Shown: piece by piece, positions 12,491 through 26,300 of the stretch
Position numbering within the stretch: the stretch's first letter is position 1
How the letters are laid out: every line of letters begins with the position of its first letter
Origin: Chlorokybus atmophyticus
Taxonomy: Eukaryota; Plantae; Mesostigma and Chlorokybus algae
Direction: 5' to 3'
DNA length: 64,000 nucleotides
Assembly (NCBI GenBank): GCA_009103225.1
Contig: RHPI01002048.1
Coordinates: 361,702 to 425,701, forward strand
Program-made: the position numbers and the translations under genes
Notes under the pieces: model-generated
Told to the model about the DNA's origin: nothing
The model's input: the letters and a program-made list of their open reading frames with translations, nothing else
The model's database searches: none

Positions 12491-14179
12491 ATGGCGGAGG
12501 ATGGGGTGAGTGCTGGCGACGAGCCGGCGGTGGCGGTGGTGGCGGCTAGCAACAAGGCGCCGTCTCCTGGTGCTGCAGGTGCAGCTGGCTCAGCGCTCGC
12601 GCCTGCGCCCGCCCCAGTCTCCCTGCCGTCAACGCCTAGCTCAACAGGTGGCAGCGCTGGTAGTGGAGAAGCAGCAGCTGCCCCCAGGCCTGCTACTCCG
12701 CAGACGGCGACGGACAGCCCGCGCCCTGTTGCAGCCGCGCCGCCTGCTCCTCCCTCGCTTGCAGTCCAACCCATGTCAACAGCTGTCGTCGCGGCTGCCA
12801 CCGCCGCAGCAGCAGCCACCGCGGCCGCTGCAGCCGGCCCCCGCCCAGTCGCCCCTCCCCCAGCGCCTCCTACTCCGGAGCAGCACGCCGACGAGGAGGC
12901 TCAGGTGGGCAGGCACTTCACTTCTTTGCATGCGCGCACTGTCGACTGTGAGATGCAGCAACAAGCTTGCATTTGGCAAAGCCTTGCTTAGTCACACGTC
13001 GTGTAGGTTTTTCTACTCAGTCACATAGCTACAAACAGATTTGCTTGGCAGCTATGCAATGTTTCTGCGAGCACGCGCAACAGTAGTGTTGCATTTCTGA
13101 TGCTGCGTTCCTTACAGGCAGTCAAGTTTGTGAGAGAGCTGAGGCTGCATCCCGAGTTGGACGTGCAGCGCATGATTGTTGACCTGTTCACGTCGATACG
13201 CATAATGAGGGCGGCGGGAAGGGAACACACGCCGCAGTACCGGATATCGCAGCGTGCCCTCATGCACCTGCTTGCCGCCCCGCAGCAAGCTGCAGTGGCA
13301 GCACCACCAGCTAACAACAACAACCACAGCAATGTACATGCCATCCACGTCCCTGCACCTCAACAAGCAGCCCCTGCAAGCAACAACGCCATTGGCGTGC
13401 CTCTTGCGCAAGCCAACAACAACACCAGCAACCACACAAACAGCTACGTGGCGCAGGTGCCTAACCTGAACCTCAGCCTTAACCTGAACCAGCCTCCCAG
13501 CTCGGGACAGACTGCAAGCCCTCGGGCTCAGGAGGTCACGACATCGAGCGGCCGTGCCAGCTCGCAGCAGGGCCAACCTGCCACCTCACCAACCGCGCCC
13601 AACAAGAGCAGGACCAACAACAACACCAGTAACGCACATGCCTCATCGAAGCCGCGCAGGAGGGCTCCCGCCAGCTCCGAGCGGAAACGCGTCAAGTGAG
13701 CTGCCATGTCTGTGTGGTTTGAGGCCGGCTGGCATGGCGCCTGTTGTCCTGGCAACTCATTGCTGTCCTGTTTTTGTTCCCCAGGATGGAGCACACTTCT
13801 GCACCTTCCACAGCTCCTGCCGTGTCACACGTGATCGTTGAGATGTTTGGCTGGAAACATCTGGTTGCAGTTCCAAGCAACTGGTGGGTAAATGTGCGGT
13901 AGGTATGTGGGTCCTATTATAAGTGCGCTATTTAACTCGTCCATCTGGTCCTGCAACAGGCCACTGAGGTTACTGCTCTCCAAAGTTGACCGGCAAGCGA
14001 TGCGCGCTGGCATGCGTGTTGCAAGTCTTGGCTTGCGCTTGCCAGGAGATAGGATTGTGGAGCTTGACGAGGATGAACAGATAGAGAATTTTGGCGTCAG
14101 CCAAGATCAGCCCCTTGTTGCCATCCTCAAACCCAACCAACATGTAGATATCAAGCGGGAACAGACCGGAAGGCCTTAA
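12491..14179 (+). CDS. 4-exon gene: Ala/Pro-rich N-terminus, SPLAYED-N-like helical domain, Asn/Ser linker, C-terminal ubiquitin-like domain
   Basis: Introns 12905-13117 (phase 0), 13696-13784 (phase 2) and 13884-13959 (phase 2) are all GT-AG and keep one open frame to TAA at 14177-14179. The C-terminal HVIVEMFGWKHLVAVPSNWPLRLLLSKV...LGLRLPGDRIVELDEDEQIENFGVSQDQPLVAIL has a beta-grasp hydrophobic pattern. The start codon is uncertain and domain identities are from recalled alignments. Confidence 0.6.
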
Positions 14180-17169
14180 GGTGCAAGATTCTCCGTGTAC
14201 TGCTACTTCCTTGGCAGGAGTTTGCAGACGAATAACTGTCTCTGTGCTTTACAGGTGTCCACCTGAGGCCAGCTGAGCCTACGTGATTTGCACTGCAGCT
14301 CGGTGGAGTTGCCTACATAGTATTGCACCTTACGCTTAATAACACGCAGCAACATGCTGCTGTGCTATATCTAGCACACCGCGACAATGGCCAAGCCAAA
14401 CGCAAGCCATGTTGCAGGCATGTTCTTCTCATACGGCTGTTCCCCGAGTTGAGGTTGGACGATCTCACGCTTGTGTCAGCAGACATGCTGGAAGCGCTGT
14501 CGTTGAAGGACTGCTGCGTATGTTGGGGTGGTTTGGATTACTAGGTATAGGTAGGCACTGCGTAAGACAGTGTGTATGTAACTTGAACAGCCACACAGGT
14601 GGCGGCAATGTGAAGTCATTGCCATTTGGTGTGCAATGTTTGTCAGAAGCTTTGAGACGCACCTCAAGTGCGGACCATGAGCCCGTTAGCCTGCTGTCAT
14701 GCGGCCGTTGCTATAAAACTTGATTGTGCTTATGCACTCCACAATGCCCCGTTGAAACTTCCTGTAACACATCGGACCAAGGTAGTGCATAAGTCCCACC
14801 TCTATTAACTTGAATACGTGTGTGTCGGGTGGTGGGCTGTACCGTGCCCAGCCACACATCACACAATCACATGTCACTGCATTACCCCGCTACGCGGGCG
14901 ACGCATCCCCCAATTGTTAAAGAGAGGGCCTTGGGCTAGTGCATATGTGTCTCGCTTTTTGCGGGATGCGTGTCATGAGAGTGCTAAAGCATTAGGGTGA
15001 GCCCAAGCTGTTGTTACGTTTGTGCTATTTCACATCCCCATACCATGACTTACCCACGTCCATATTGCAGCCGCGTGCTCCACACAGGTAGTGGAAGTAG
15101 AGAAGCTCGGTGGTAGACATGATAATGTTGACCTGCATGCTGTGTACTGATCACACTCATTGCTTAAAACTTGTATGTGCCATTGCACGCCACATTGTAT
15201 GTACATCCACATCCACATCCACATCCACACCCATAGAGCCAACAACCCCACCCTTTACCCCATCATCAACTGCAATGGAGACATGTGGGCTCTGTTTGAG
15301 GCAGTCATTGAGTGGCTTCATCAGACCGTTAGCACTTGTGGCTTCTGTTGGTGCGGTCGCAATATGTATGTAGGATGTGCCCATGACAGATAGGAGTGTT
15401 GCCAACAGTGTCATCATGATCAGTTCTGTTACATGTTCGAATGTACATGGGCCAATCCATCACCTCCTGCTTGCTGTCCGCTTGTGACTTAGGCAACACA
15501 TGCAGCTGCTCAGTGTGCTATTGTACGTGCTTGTGGGACCGGTGAGCATTAGGTAGGTCTGAGCGTGCCTGTCTTGGGCATGCGCGGTGAGGCTGCGTGT
15601 GTGTGACCGACCCTGGTGTCTCATTGAACCTGTAGTGTGTGCATGTGCATGCTTGGGTGTGCTCGCATGTGCTTGTGCACGTGTGCTTGCATGCATTGGT
15701 TGTATTAGTGTGCAACACATCTGGCCCCTTGTCGCTTGAGCGCGCTTTCTAGCAACTCTATTGTAAGTTATAGGTGCGGTACATCTGTCACTTGCTAGCA
15801 CACAGTGTCACGTTGCCACACAGCTCGTAGCACCGCACAATGCCTGCACACTGGCACTGCAGTTTTATGCGCCACAAACCCAGGCTTAGCAATGCTGCCA
15901 TTAGTGCTTGCTTGAGTGCGTGCCTACTCACTAAATGCTATGCGCTAATGTTGCGTAGAAAATGCGGTATGTAGCATTGAGTAAGCAATGCATGTGCAAT
16001 ATCAACCACATTATCAACTCTAGTATCATTGACGTGCAAGCGTTGGCTATCCGTGCTGCCATCAGGTTTAATCATACACATTATACACATCATACATTAC
16101 CCGAGACACACAGCAAATCACACGCCATGCGAGCGCTGCGTCCGCCTCTGTTATTATACGAAAGTGCCCTGGGCCACGTGACCCCATCCTGTGCATTTCT
16201 CACTCTCTCTATGTCATAATGGACTGGCACACGTTGTTAGCTAAAGGCCATAACACTGCACACATGGCAACTCAACAAAAGCCAGCTACATCACCACTAC
16301 CATCATGCGTAACCACCACACAAGTAGCCTGCTAGCATGCAAGCCTCATCATATCACCGCCACGTTCAATAGGGTAGTCATATTGGCATGGCGTGATAGC
16401 GGATAGCGTCAAACTGTGGAACACGGGGTCCGAGTCAGCTGTTGTTGGAGTTTTAATCATCATAATTGTCGTTATCGTGTGTTGCTGATCGCACTCCTGT
16501 AGTGCAAAGGACCTGACGCCCACGCCTCTGCTGCGCAGGTGGTACATTGAGTTCTTCACTGCCTACCCCGCTCTGCATGTTGCCATGCTTGTGTGTTGCT
16601 TGTGCGTTGGTCTAGGTAGTTGAGTTTAGGCCCCCTTGACTTATCTTTTTGTTGTGCTAATGTGATTGACTTGGCTTGTGTGGACTGCTTGGTTGGTACA
16701 CGGACGCGTCTTGCACTTTTTGAGCTTTAAACACACGATTGTAATCGCTCTCTTTAACACCACCACATTGTGAGCCCGCTGCAACGCATGAGCCACTTTA
16801 ATAATCTTGGAGCATTAATTCGCTGCTCGTATATGCATTTAGCAAACTACATGCAGATTGACATAAAACCCTACATGCAGCTCGCATGCAAGCACCTCCG
16901 CTGGATCATGCATAGCTCGCAATAAGTGATAAGCTCATAGATTGAGGCCCAAGTCTCTTGGGCCTCCCTCCATTAGCCACGTGCTTAACGTCTCTACCGC
17001 TAACGGGATAAATGTAAGCTTGGCTATAGGCGCGTGGACACTATACTTACAACACTTGGCCAAACTGAGCTGCACATACTGCTCTACCTGATTGCCCCGA
17101 TCTTTATTACCATGGACACGTGCGTGTTGGCTGTCACTACTGCACCATGCCTATCCACACACATCACGT

Positions 17170-18790
17170 ACATTACATACACCCCCCTACCCACACCCAC
17201 ACGTGCACGTCACCACCAGGTATTAGCTCTCGCGGTGAGCGCCGCGCCCGGCAACGCTTGGGGCCCGCCTCAGTCGTTGGAGGCTCTTGGGCCATTGGTC
17301 CCCATCCTGGCATCGCTGCTACAGCCGCCGCTCCGCGCTCCAAGACTGCCACCGCGTGTGCTCGTTGCAAGGCGCATGCCACGCGCTGTCGGCAGCTGCA
17401 CGTGAAGCCCTCAAAGCGCCGTGGCTCCCCATAACGCATCGATGTGGCGCACACAAAAGCGCAGCAAGTGCTGAAGTTCCTCACCTAAAGTGCCATATGT
17501 CTGCATCGCCAGCGGGTAAAGCGTGTTTCTCGGCGCGAGGTCATCATACTTACAACGCTTCACCGCCTCCGCCCCTCGCACTGCTGCACCGGGTCGATCT
17601 CCACATGCCGTAACGGTGACGTCCGGAAGCAGCTTTCTGTCGCGGCTTGGCTCGGACGCCACCAAGTCTAATCGTCTGCCGTTCACCTCCCCCAGCAAAT
17701 GGGCATGAAACCCGCTTGCTCGCGGCCGACGACAAAGCCAGTCTCCGTCAGTAGAGCAAAGACCGCGTTACGCAGCGCGTCGTGTGTGGCCGTGCGCACT
17801 CATCTTACACCGCAGTGGAGCAGATGGGTGCCCTCTGACTGCAGCGACGCTCCGCACACACAGTGCGCCACGCAAACCAGGAGCGGGTGTGGTAACCCCA
17901 GGTGCACGCGCAATGCCGTCCTCAAAATGTTGCTGGACAGCCTCGTCGCCAATGTCACGGTAGTCCCATTAGCCACGCGCGAGCACCCAACCTCGCGGCC
18001 GTCACTCGACATGATATGTCCTCAACCGGTGCGCCATTGTCGTGGATGGCAATCATCGCGGCATGCTTTGTCTCCCCGAGGTCCAAGTGCAAGGATTGTG
18101 CCATGGTGCGCGCCAATGCCGAGACGGCGGTAGTTGGCGACGCGACGCCGGCGGCAACGAAGCAACTGCTGCGCACAGTCCTACTGAAACGCGAGTGCGC
18201 CACTGTTGACGCCCTTGATGGCCTCAACCATCTCACTATCCGCCTGCAAAAAACGACGTCGCAGCTCCGCGGCCGCTGCACCCGAACCGCCCACAAAAGC
18301 TGCGAGCGCATGAGCTGTTGCAAATCGCAGCTCAACGCCTCCGGCCGCCACACGCAACGACGCCTGCACCGTGTTGCGGGTTCCCTTGCTCTCTGTACCC
18401 GGCAACACGAGCTGCCGCAACGGCCATAACGTCTGCTGCAGCGAGCCATTAGAAACCTTAAGCGCGTCGCTGATCTCCGGCGAGGGCCCTCCTACGTGTA
18501 CGTGTGAGATATGAGGGGCGCTCTCCCACACAACGCGTCAGCAGCAGCACCGCCACTTGTGTATCACTCATCTTCGTAAATGCCGGCAACACCGTCATGT
18601 AGTCGCAAAGGGTAGTGAAACAGTGGTGGCGCATCAAAGCTGGTGACCCCAACGGCACGCCCAACGCCACCACACCATCAGCAGTGCGTCACACCTCCTC
18701 AAGCACGGTCGTCTGCTGCACGACAGCGTCACGACCAAACACCAACAACTCGTGCAGCGCCACGCGCAGGCCCACCATTGCGTATTGCAT
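17170..18790 (-). mobile_element. 5'-truncated, degenerate non-LTR retrotransposon with restriction-like endonuclease (CRE/R2-superfamily type)
   Basis: RT-thumb GVVALGVPLGS...DTQVAVLLLTRC...RPSYLTR; ARAWL..LP...LRTALRVHLGLPHP; zinc knuckle CVCG...GTHLLHC then THDALRNAV; RLE core RRLDLV...LLPDVTVT...KRCKY...PLAMQTYG; terminal QRVACALQRAHA. Frameshifts and stops are present. Confidence 0.8.
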
Positions 18791-19516
18791 GTGGTGATGG
18801 TGGAATCAGTTTAGCGGCGCATCTTATGTCTGTACCCTGCAATTTGCATAATTACGCAATCCAAAGTGCTATTGGGCACGCTTGTACAAAAGACGGTCAA
18901 GCAAACTGAGCACATGCACAATGTTAACATACATGCAACACCACACATCGTACAAACGCTCTCCTCCACAGTACATACCCGGCCATTGTGCAGGTGAACG
19001 CATATGCATGTGCATGCTTACACGGCTAACGGGGTAGTAGGTGTAGTGTGTTAGGTAGTGAATGCATCCGGTGGTCAGCCTGACAATGGTGTTGTTGGTA
19101 TGTGCTATGTTACTCCGCATGCTGCTGACTGTGCATGCCACTATGCATGTGCATTTCCATTTCGCAATGTTTGCACGTACATGGACAATGCACTAGGCCA
19201 CGCACTTACATAATAACTATCCTCCACCCCTACTCCTACCGCCCTCCTGTTAGTCATACATGCACTGCCTTGCCTGCACGCGTGTAGGACAGCACGCACT
19301 TGACTTGATTCTCTTACATCCACATACTATACTATATGCAATTACCACCCTCCAATCAAAGCTTATGATAACATGAGGCTTTGTTGGAGAAGGCCTCGTG
19401 TCATCATAACCTTGGGCATGTGTGACAACATCATTGCCCTAACAAAGGCAGCCAATATGATAACACAACGCTTGTATGCGAGTGCAATCAGAGTTGCATG
19501 TGCTAGCTTTCAGGTA

Positions 19517-22214
19517 TCAACTATACGCATGCACACCATTGCTGGCTGATGACAGCTGTGGAGATGCACTCTTGGAGGTGGCGCTCGCAACGCCCCAGAT
19601 GCGCACGGTCTTGTCATCACTTGCAGAAGCAAACATGTGGGGATCGACCGGATTCCAGGTAACTGCGTTGACAGTGCCTGCATGCCCTCCCAGCACTGCG
19701 AGCAAATCGCCATTGTTGCGATGCCATATGTAAACCTGCACAATATGGTGGCCACTGAATGGTTGACACAACCATTTAGAACTAAGCACTGTACCTACTA
19801 GTACCTGCGAGTCTTCACTGCCACTGACTACAAATGCTTCGTCTGTGCCTCCAAAGCATGAGCGGATGACATATCGACCCTGCTACAAAGCCCGCAGGTC
19901 AAGCTGTGAAGTTCACAACAACTGTACGAGTGCACTAACTTAATCAAGGACGCGGTACCTGCCGTTGGCCTGAGTACACAAGGACAGGTGTCTGGGATAT
20001 GCCTTTGTCCGTGAGCTCCCTCAGGTGAATCTCCTGCTTGGATAGGTTAACCAACAGCGATTTCCCATCCTTGCTCAGACACAAGGACGTGATGTTGGCG
20101 CTTGCATCCTCCACAGAGTCTGTAGACTTGTCTACAAGACGCACAACTCTAATCTCCTTCTCATGGTTTACGCTGACTAAGCGCTCACCATCCGCGGTGA
20201 TAGCCAAATCGTTTATGCGTGAACCTGCTGGCAAGACAACACAGTCAAGCAATCCGATTATCCAATTATCAACCACTGCAGCATAGCAACATGCTGATAG
20301 AATAAACATTGACCCCTATACTTGACGCCAACATCTGACAGATGGTTGCGTCGACGCATTCATGGCTTTACTGCTGAATCAGCGCCACGCCAGATTGACC
20401 TTGTGCAAGTCTTACCGGACCAGTGGTCAAGCTCCTTGCCATCAATGTCCCAGAAAAACAGCGACTTGTCGAGCCCGCCAGAAACAAAGCGCTGTCCATC
20501 AGGGAACCAAGCGCAGGCAGTGACGGACTCCTTATGGCGGTCATATGTTCGCTTGCACGTGCCAATCGCAGTGTCCCAGAGCTTGACAAGCTTGTCAGAG
20601 CCGCACGTAAGAAGGTGGGAATCATCTGGACTCCACGCCACAAAAGACAGTGGTTGGGTGTGGCCTCGCAAGATGTGCTTGACGGAGACATCCACTGCAC
20701 TGTTCACCTCCCACAATATCACTGTGCTGCAAACGAGCACCGTCAGCTAAGCGACAGGCAGGGTGACCAGGTTCTGGCCCAGTGCAAGGTGCTGCGTACT
20801 GCCAACCACATCTACGCACACAGGCAGCACTGCTGTGAATTGTTGCAACGCATCATTCAGATCCACCATGTGACCGTGATGATCAGCACAGCACTGAACA
20901 GGCTACCTATCGCGCGAAGCAGACGCCAGCCATTTCCCATTGTGAGAGAACTGTACATGCCAAACCTCATCTGAATGGGCCTCTAGTACCTGCATGTCCA
21001 CCACATCTTGTTTACCATTGCAACACAGAAAGCCGTCACGAAAAGCTATTAACAGCATCTCACAACCGAATCGTACTCTGGTTGTATGCGAGGGTACTTG
21101 GTCACGGCCACAGCAGTGGTCGACTAATAAGCTGAAGGCGGATTCTGTGGTGTTATGAAACTGGCAGGACTTCCGCTGCACACTTAGCGCCTGTTCGACC
21201 AAAACTTCGAGGCGATGTTCTGGTATGAGCAGTGAGGGTGGAAGCAACTCTTGCAACTGTGCCAGCAGTTGACGTCTGCAACCACAGTTGTTCGTGCAAC
21301 CAGCAGGAAATGTTGATGCAACAACTATGTGCAACAAGGCTAATAACAACCACCAAACACCGCACCAGGCATAACAGCTGTGCCATGGGCAACAATCAAT
21401 GGACTGACCGTGAGTTGCTGCCTCCGCCCAGCCATGCTGATTTCTTGTGCAGCTCATCAGCACTCCTGCACATTATTAGGCCTGCTAGCAAATGCAATTT
21501 GGGTGTACTTGTCCTGAGTGGTGCAAGCTCTAATCTTAGGCATTGCAGGGCAGCTGCGTAGTCTCGCCTTTCCATCAACTCTAGATATTTCTGTTGCAGT
21601 ATCAGAAATTTGGCGCGCTTGTGTGCGGCTTCATCGAGGAAGCGAATTGTGTCGAGCAAGGCAACAGCAGTTTTCCAGTCGCCTCCAAGTAAAGCGTCAC
21701 GAAAACTTGCAATGGTTTCGCTCTGCAACAGTATGCCACTGTCCACTTCAAGACGCTTTGCCGCAGCCCCATACCCCAACCCATACAGTGACTGCGTCAA
21801 CAGCCTGATAAACTCCGTGCGCCGGATCAGTCCACTAGGACCAACAGTATCTACATCTGCAGGCTCTGCAGGCTCTGTAGCGAAACATACCTCATCAATT
21901 TCACATATGCCGTTGAGCATGCATTGGCATTATATACATGCTGTCCAACACCATGTGCGCTTCCAAGTGGAGTCATTGACATGGCTCAGCGCACCTTCTG
22001 CAGTTATGTGACCATTAGAGGTCATGCTGGTGGAGGCGCGCTGCCGGGTATCCTCTTGGCTGGCAGGAACGTCTGGTTCCCCGTGGAAACTGGCAGAAGT
22101 GCCGCCTGCTGCTGCAGTGAAGGCTGTGAAGGCACTGCCCTGCCACGAGTCTAGCCTTAGACGCTTGCGTGGAGGGCTACCTCCGCTGCCTGCCTCTGTC
22201 TCCCCGACCACCAT
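19517..22214 (-). CDS. WDR26: WD40-repeat protein 26 / GID7-like CTLH-complex subunit (LisH-CTLH + WD40), multi-exon
   Basis: [25 protein letters not shown] (LisH), [23 protein letters not shown] (CTLH), [46 protein letters not shown], and IWHR...[36 protein letters not shown]. The first intron (phase 1) joins AEG to DVDTVG. Confidence 0.93.
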
Positions 22215-22556
22215 AAAACCGGGCTCTCCGGGCCAGGCGCCGACTGTTCCAAACTGCACTTAACATCCAGCTGGCTCGTGCACGCCTCCAAGGGTGACTA
22301 ATGGCAATGTGCACTGCATGTCGACGAGAATCGCGTGAGCCAAGCGCCACGTCGCAAGGTGCGGACACGTGGTGTAAGCACTGAAGTCACTCACGCTACC
22401 GTGATCACAGCGACAGGCGTAGAACACATGCAAAGCATACATGCAACAGCCTGGCTTGCGACGCCCGCATTCAACGTGTATGCACTTCGTCTTGGCGACG
22501 TTACCAAAAACAGCTGCAAGGGCTTCCATGCAAACGGACACAATCCCAGCGTCCCC

Positions 22557-22931
22557 ATGGTAAGGAATGCACCAGCAGCAACAACCCTAAGCACCCACGT
22601 ACCCTACACGCCGCGTGCGCCGGGGCAGCACCAAGACAATGACCGTGAGTGCCGACGAGGCTTGGTCCACCCAGCAGAAAGCACCAACCCGGAGGCCTTC
22701 TCAAGGCCCACCGCGACGACGACAAAGACATTCACCCCGTCCGTGGGGCAATCGCCGCCCTTCACCACAAACCCTAATTTTGGCGATCCTGTACCCGGTA
22801 CGGAACAGACTCGCGGAACAAGCAGGAAATTGCAAAACATTGCATTGACTTCAAGGTACTGAGTTCCATGAAAAGCGTCGTTTCAGCGCGGCTCAGCGCT
22901 TGATTGATCGAGTCGGATTCCCTGATGTTAT
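22557..22931 (+). CDS. Unresolved short spliced ORF (separate small gene or far 5' exons of the ORP gene)
   Basis: ATG|GTAAGG donor at 22560, exon 22629-22797, exon 22856-22931 and donor GTGAGT splice in frame to give M-HQDND...FGDPVPG-TEFHEKRRFSAAQRLIDRVGFPDV. The continuation is unclear and no family was recognised. Confidence 0.3.
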
Positions 22932-23349
22932 GTGAGTAAGCTTCACCCCAATCCTCGACGTTGCTTTGACACATACCGGTAGGCGGCAAGAGGTGCAGGT
23001 CGTTGTAGTCCGGGGCGGCGGCGGCATCGTGGGTGTGCGCCGGGGACCAAGCCGTGAGGTGGGAGGTGATCATGGTGACACGGTGTCGTTGGGGTTGAGG
23101 CTGGCCGCGGTGCTCTTCGCTGGCGGCACCTGCTGCATTTGTTGGGTGTTGAGAGGTGGTTTCGCAGCTGAAGAGTGAGCGCTGTCTGATGAGACAGGGA
23201 CGCTGTCTTGGTAATTGGTGAACTAGGTGAGGCGATCTTCTTGAAAAGCTGTCAAGCAGGCAAGAAGGCGGTACACTGCCACGGCTGCCGGGGTCGGTGG
23301 CCACCAGCACGGCGCCACGTGGCGCTGCCTTCCGCATTGGCTGTGCGGG

Positions 23350-26300
23350 ATGGCGCTTTCGCCGCCGCCTTCTGATAAGGACTCTCCTTTGGCACTCAAG
23401 CAGATAGCCCCAGTCAAGTCCTTTACTTCGAGCGCAGGCGTTCCCACTCGCCTTGTGCTTCCAACCACTGCGGTATAAGCGATGCCTGTGTGTGCTTTCA
23501 CTTGCTTGACAACAAACCCTTATCTCAAGTTAAATTCTGCCGTAGGCATGCAAACCCTGCATGCCTACGGCAGCTGCCACATGGTGTACCGCCTGCACCT
23601 TCCATGCAACAAGCACAGTGCATTAATTGCAGCACTGTCTGCGCCGTCAGCTGAGTACAAAGGTGATGAGTTTGTTGGTCAGATGGTTGATGCGGCGCAG
23701 TTAGCGAACGTGACGACCCTCTGGTCTCATCGAGAATGCCATGCAATCACAGTACAAGCTTAGAAGCCTTTGCTAAATTGATTGTGATCTGGGCTGTTGA
23801 CAGCAGTTGCGACCATTGGAGCTGTTTCAATCAGTACATTGCTGGATCCACTACGCAGTTGTGACCTCAGGAGCTGTTTGGCATGTGTCCCGGTCTGGCA
23901 GTCATCGCTGTGGGCGTAGTCACTAAGTACTTTCAAGCAAAAATAATGTACTAAAACAACTAACTTGCAATCATGACTACAGCAACAACTCTTCAAAAAC
24001 ATTACTAGTACCCACGAACTATGCATGTGACATGCATAGTTCGTAGCATCGCTGTTGCTGTAAGTATGACAGCAGTGAAGTGTATACTCATCGCCAATGC
24101 AGGCACGCACAGCCTTGCAGGTTGTCTACAGTCTACTGTTGAATTTGAAAGGGTAAACACATTGTGCAGGTGCAGAACATTAGTTCGGATCTTGTCAAGG
24201 ACAATGTTCTCGCAATGGGAGGCCGTACTGTAATGGGCGTCCTGGAAAAATGGGTGAACTTTGGTGCAGGATGGCAGCCTCGCTTCTTTGTGTTACAGGG
24301 TGGGGTGTTATCCTACTATAAAGTGCATGGTCATCATAAGGCCACCATAACAGAACAGCGTGCACGGCATCCCGATGGCACTGAGGTTATTCTCATTGGT
24401 GAGGACACCCTCAAGATGGAACGCAAAGAGCACAGCAAGGCTGACGGTGGTGGCAAAGATGCGCAAGCTCTTGGTGTCACTTCACTGCAGGTATTCATGC
24501 AGCTGTCGCTCAAGACATACAAGCTGCTTGCAGTTTCTAAAGGCAGCGGTTGACCACACAGGTTGCCACAATTCGCGAGAGTCATGCTGACGACAAGAAA
24601 TTCTATGTCCACTCTGGCACGAAAACTCTTCATTTGCGGGCCGGCTCACGTGAAGAACGGGAACAGTGGCTGCAGGAGTTGGATTTAGCCAAAGCCACAA
24701 CCACAGCTGTTAGCCCAATCACAGTGTCCACAAATGCAATTGTCCGGGAAGCAGCCATGTCAGATAGCAACAGCCAACCAGCTGCGTCACCAGTTGGTAG
24801 CAATTGCATTTCATCCATTCGCAACAGATTGCAAAGCTCAGCTGTAGCACCAGCTGTGGTCGACTATTGTGTTTCTCAAGTGGAGCTGTATCAGGAGAAG
24901 GTGAAAGCTCTATTCCAGGTAAACTTGCCTGAGGGTCAAGCTTTGTATTCTATGATTACCGCATACACTGCGTGCGTGTGCAAACGTGACACGTGCATGC
25001 AAATGTGACACACCATCGCTCACTTTCACAAGTGCAGGCTGAAAAGCACAAAAGATACCTGCTACTGGATTACATAAGCACACTTGAGGAGGAGAAACGT
25101 GAGCTGGAGAGCAGGGTGGTAAAGGCCTCAACACACCAGGGCGACAAAGGGCGGCTTGAAGAAGTGTCAACACCCAAGAGCATGCATGAGGATGCTGACA
25201 GCTCAAGTGCAGAAGAAGAAGACTTCGAGGTAACTTGTTGTGTCTTGCTGCCACCATGCGTCCTGTATATGCCCACAAAACCAAGGCATTCGCATATTCT
25301 TATGAGCGTTCCATACCAAGCGTGGCAACACCCTGTGGCAACACCCTGTGCTATTCCACATGTTGGTGTAGTCATCACACAAGCCTACGCTGTACCCACA
25401 CGATGCAAATGACAGCATTATAGGATTGATGCCAGATTGATGCGCAGGGTGAGTTCTTTGATGCTGAAGACGCACTATCGCCCTCGTCAGCTCGAGCCGG
25501 TCACAGGCGGCGGGTGTCGTATAACGAGCTGACACCACGGGAGGTGTTTAAGAACAGATTTGCAAGCACACCTCGCGGTGCACTGACGCCATCAGCCAGT
25601 GCAGAGCAACTGCCTCTGACATCTCCTGTTGCCAAACAAAGGCGACTGCATCTGCCCACGCCTGCACAGAAAGAAAAAGCAGTCTCGCTCTGGACAATCC
25701 TCAAGGAAAACATTGGCAAGGATCTGACCCGTGTTTGCCTACCTGTGTTTTTCAACGAGCCTCTTTCTGCTCTTCAAAAGGCTTGCGAAGATGCAGAGTA
25801 TAGTCATCTCCTGGACAAGGCTCGTACATGTCAGGTACCCCAATGTTGCATGTCGCGTTGTTAGGTTTGCCGCGGATATTGTGCTTGAGCGTGTAGCCCT
25901 TCTAGGTGGGGTCAGTGGAGCGATTGCTACATGTAGCAGCGTTTGCTGTTTCTGGGTATGCTTCGACGGATGGGCGAACTAACAAGCCCTTCAACCCGCT
26001 GCTTGGAGAAACATACGAATGCATCAGGGAGGAGCAAGGCATTCGAATTGTCACAGAAAAGGTGCATTTGGCTACCGGTTGCAAGTACACCACTTGAGCC
26101 TGAGTTGTGATGCTGTCTGCAATGCAAATGGGTGTGGACTCTTTGTGCATGGTTGCGTTGCGCCATCCGACAAGCAATTTGCTTTCGCATGTGTATGACA
26201 CGGGGTTTGATTTGCGTGTGCGCAGACAAGCCACCACCCAACTATTATGACTGTCTTTTGTGAAGGCCGTGGTTGGTCCATGGCGGCTGAAGTGAACGTC

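Noticed and set aside
14300-16600. Exon-like fragments between intron-like repeats
   Set aside because: Frames are interrupted by stops and no domain was identifiable; at most a decayed pseudogene.
22769-22777. AAACCCTAA telo-box-like motif
   Set aside because: It is a single short match inside a putative exon; chance occurrence is likely.
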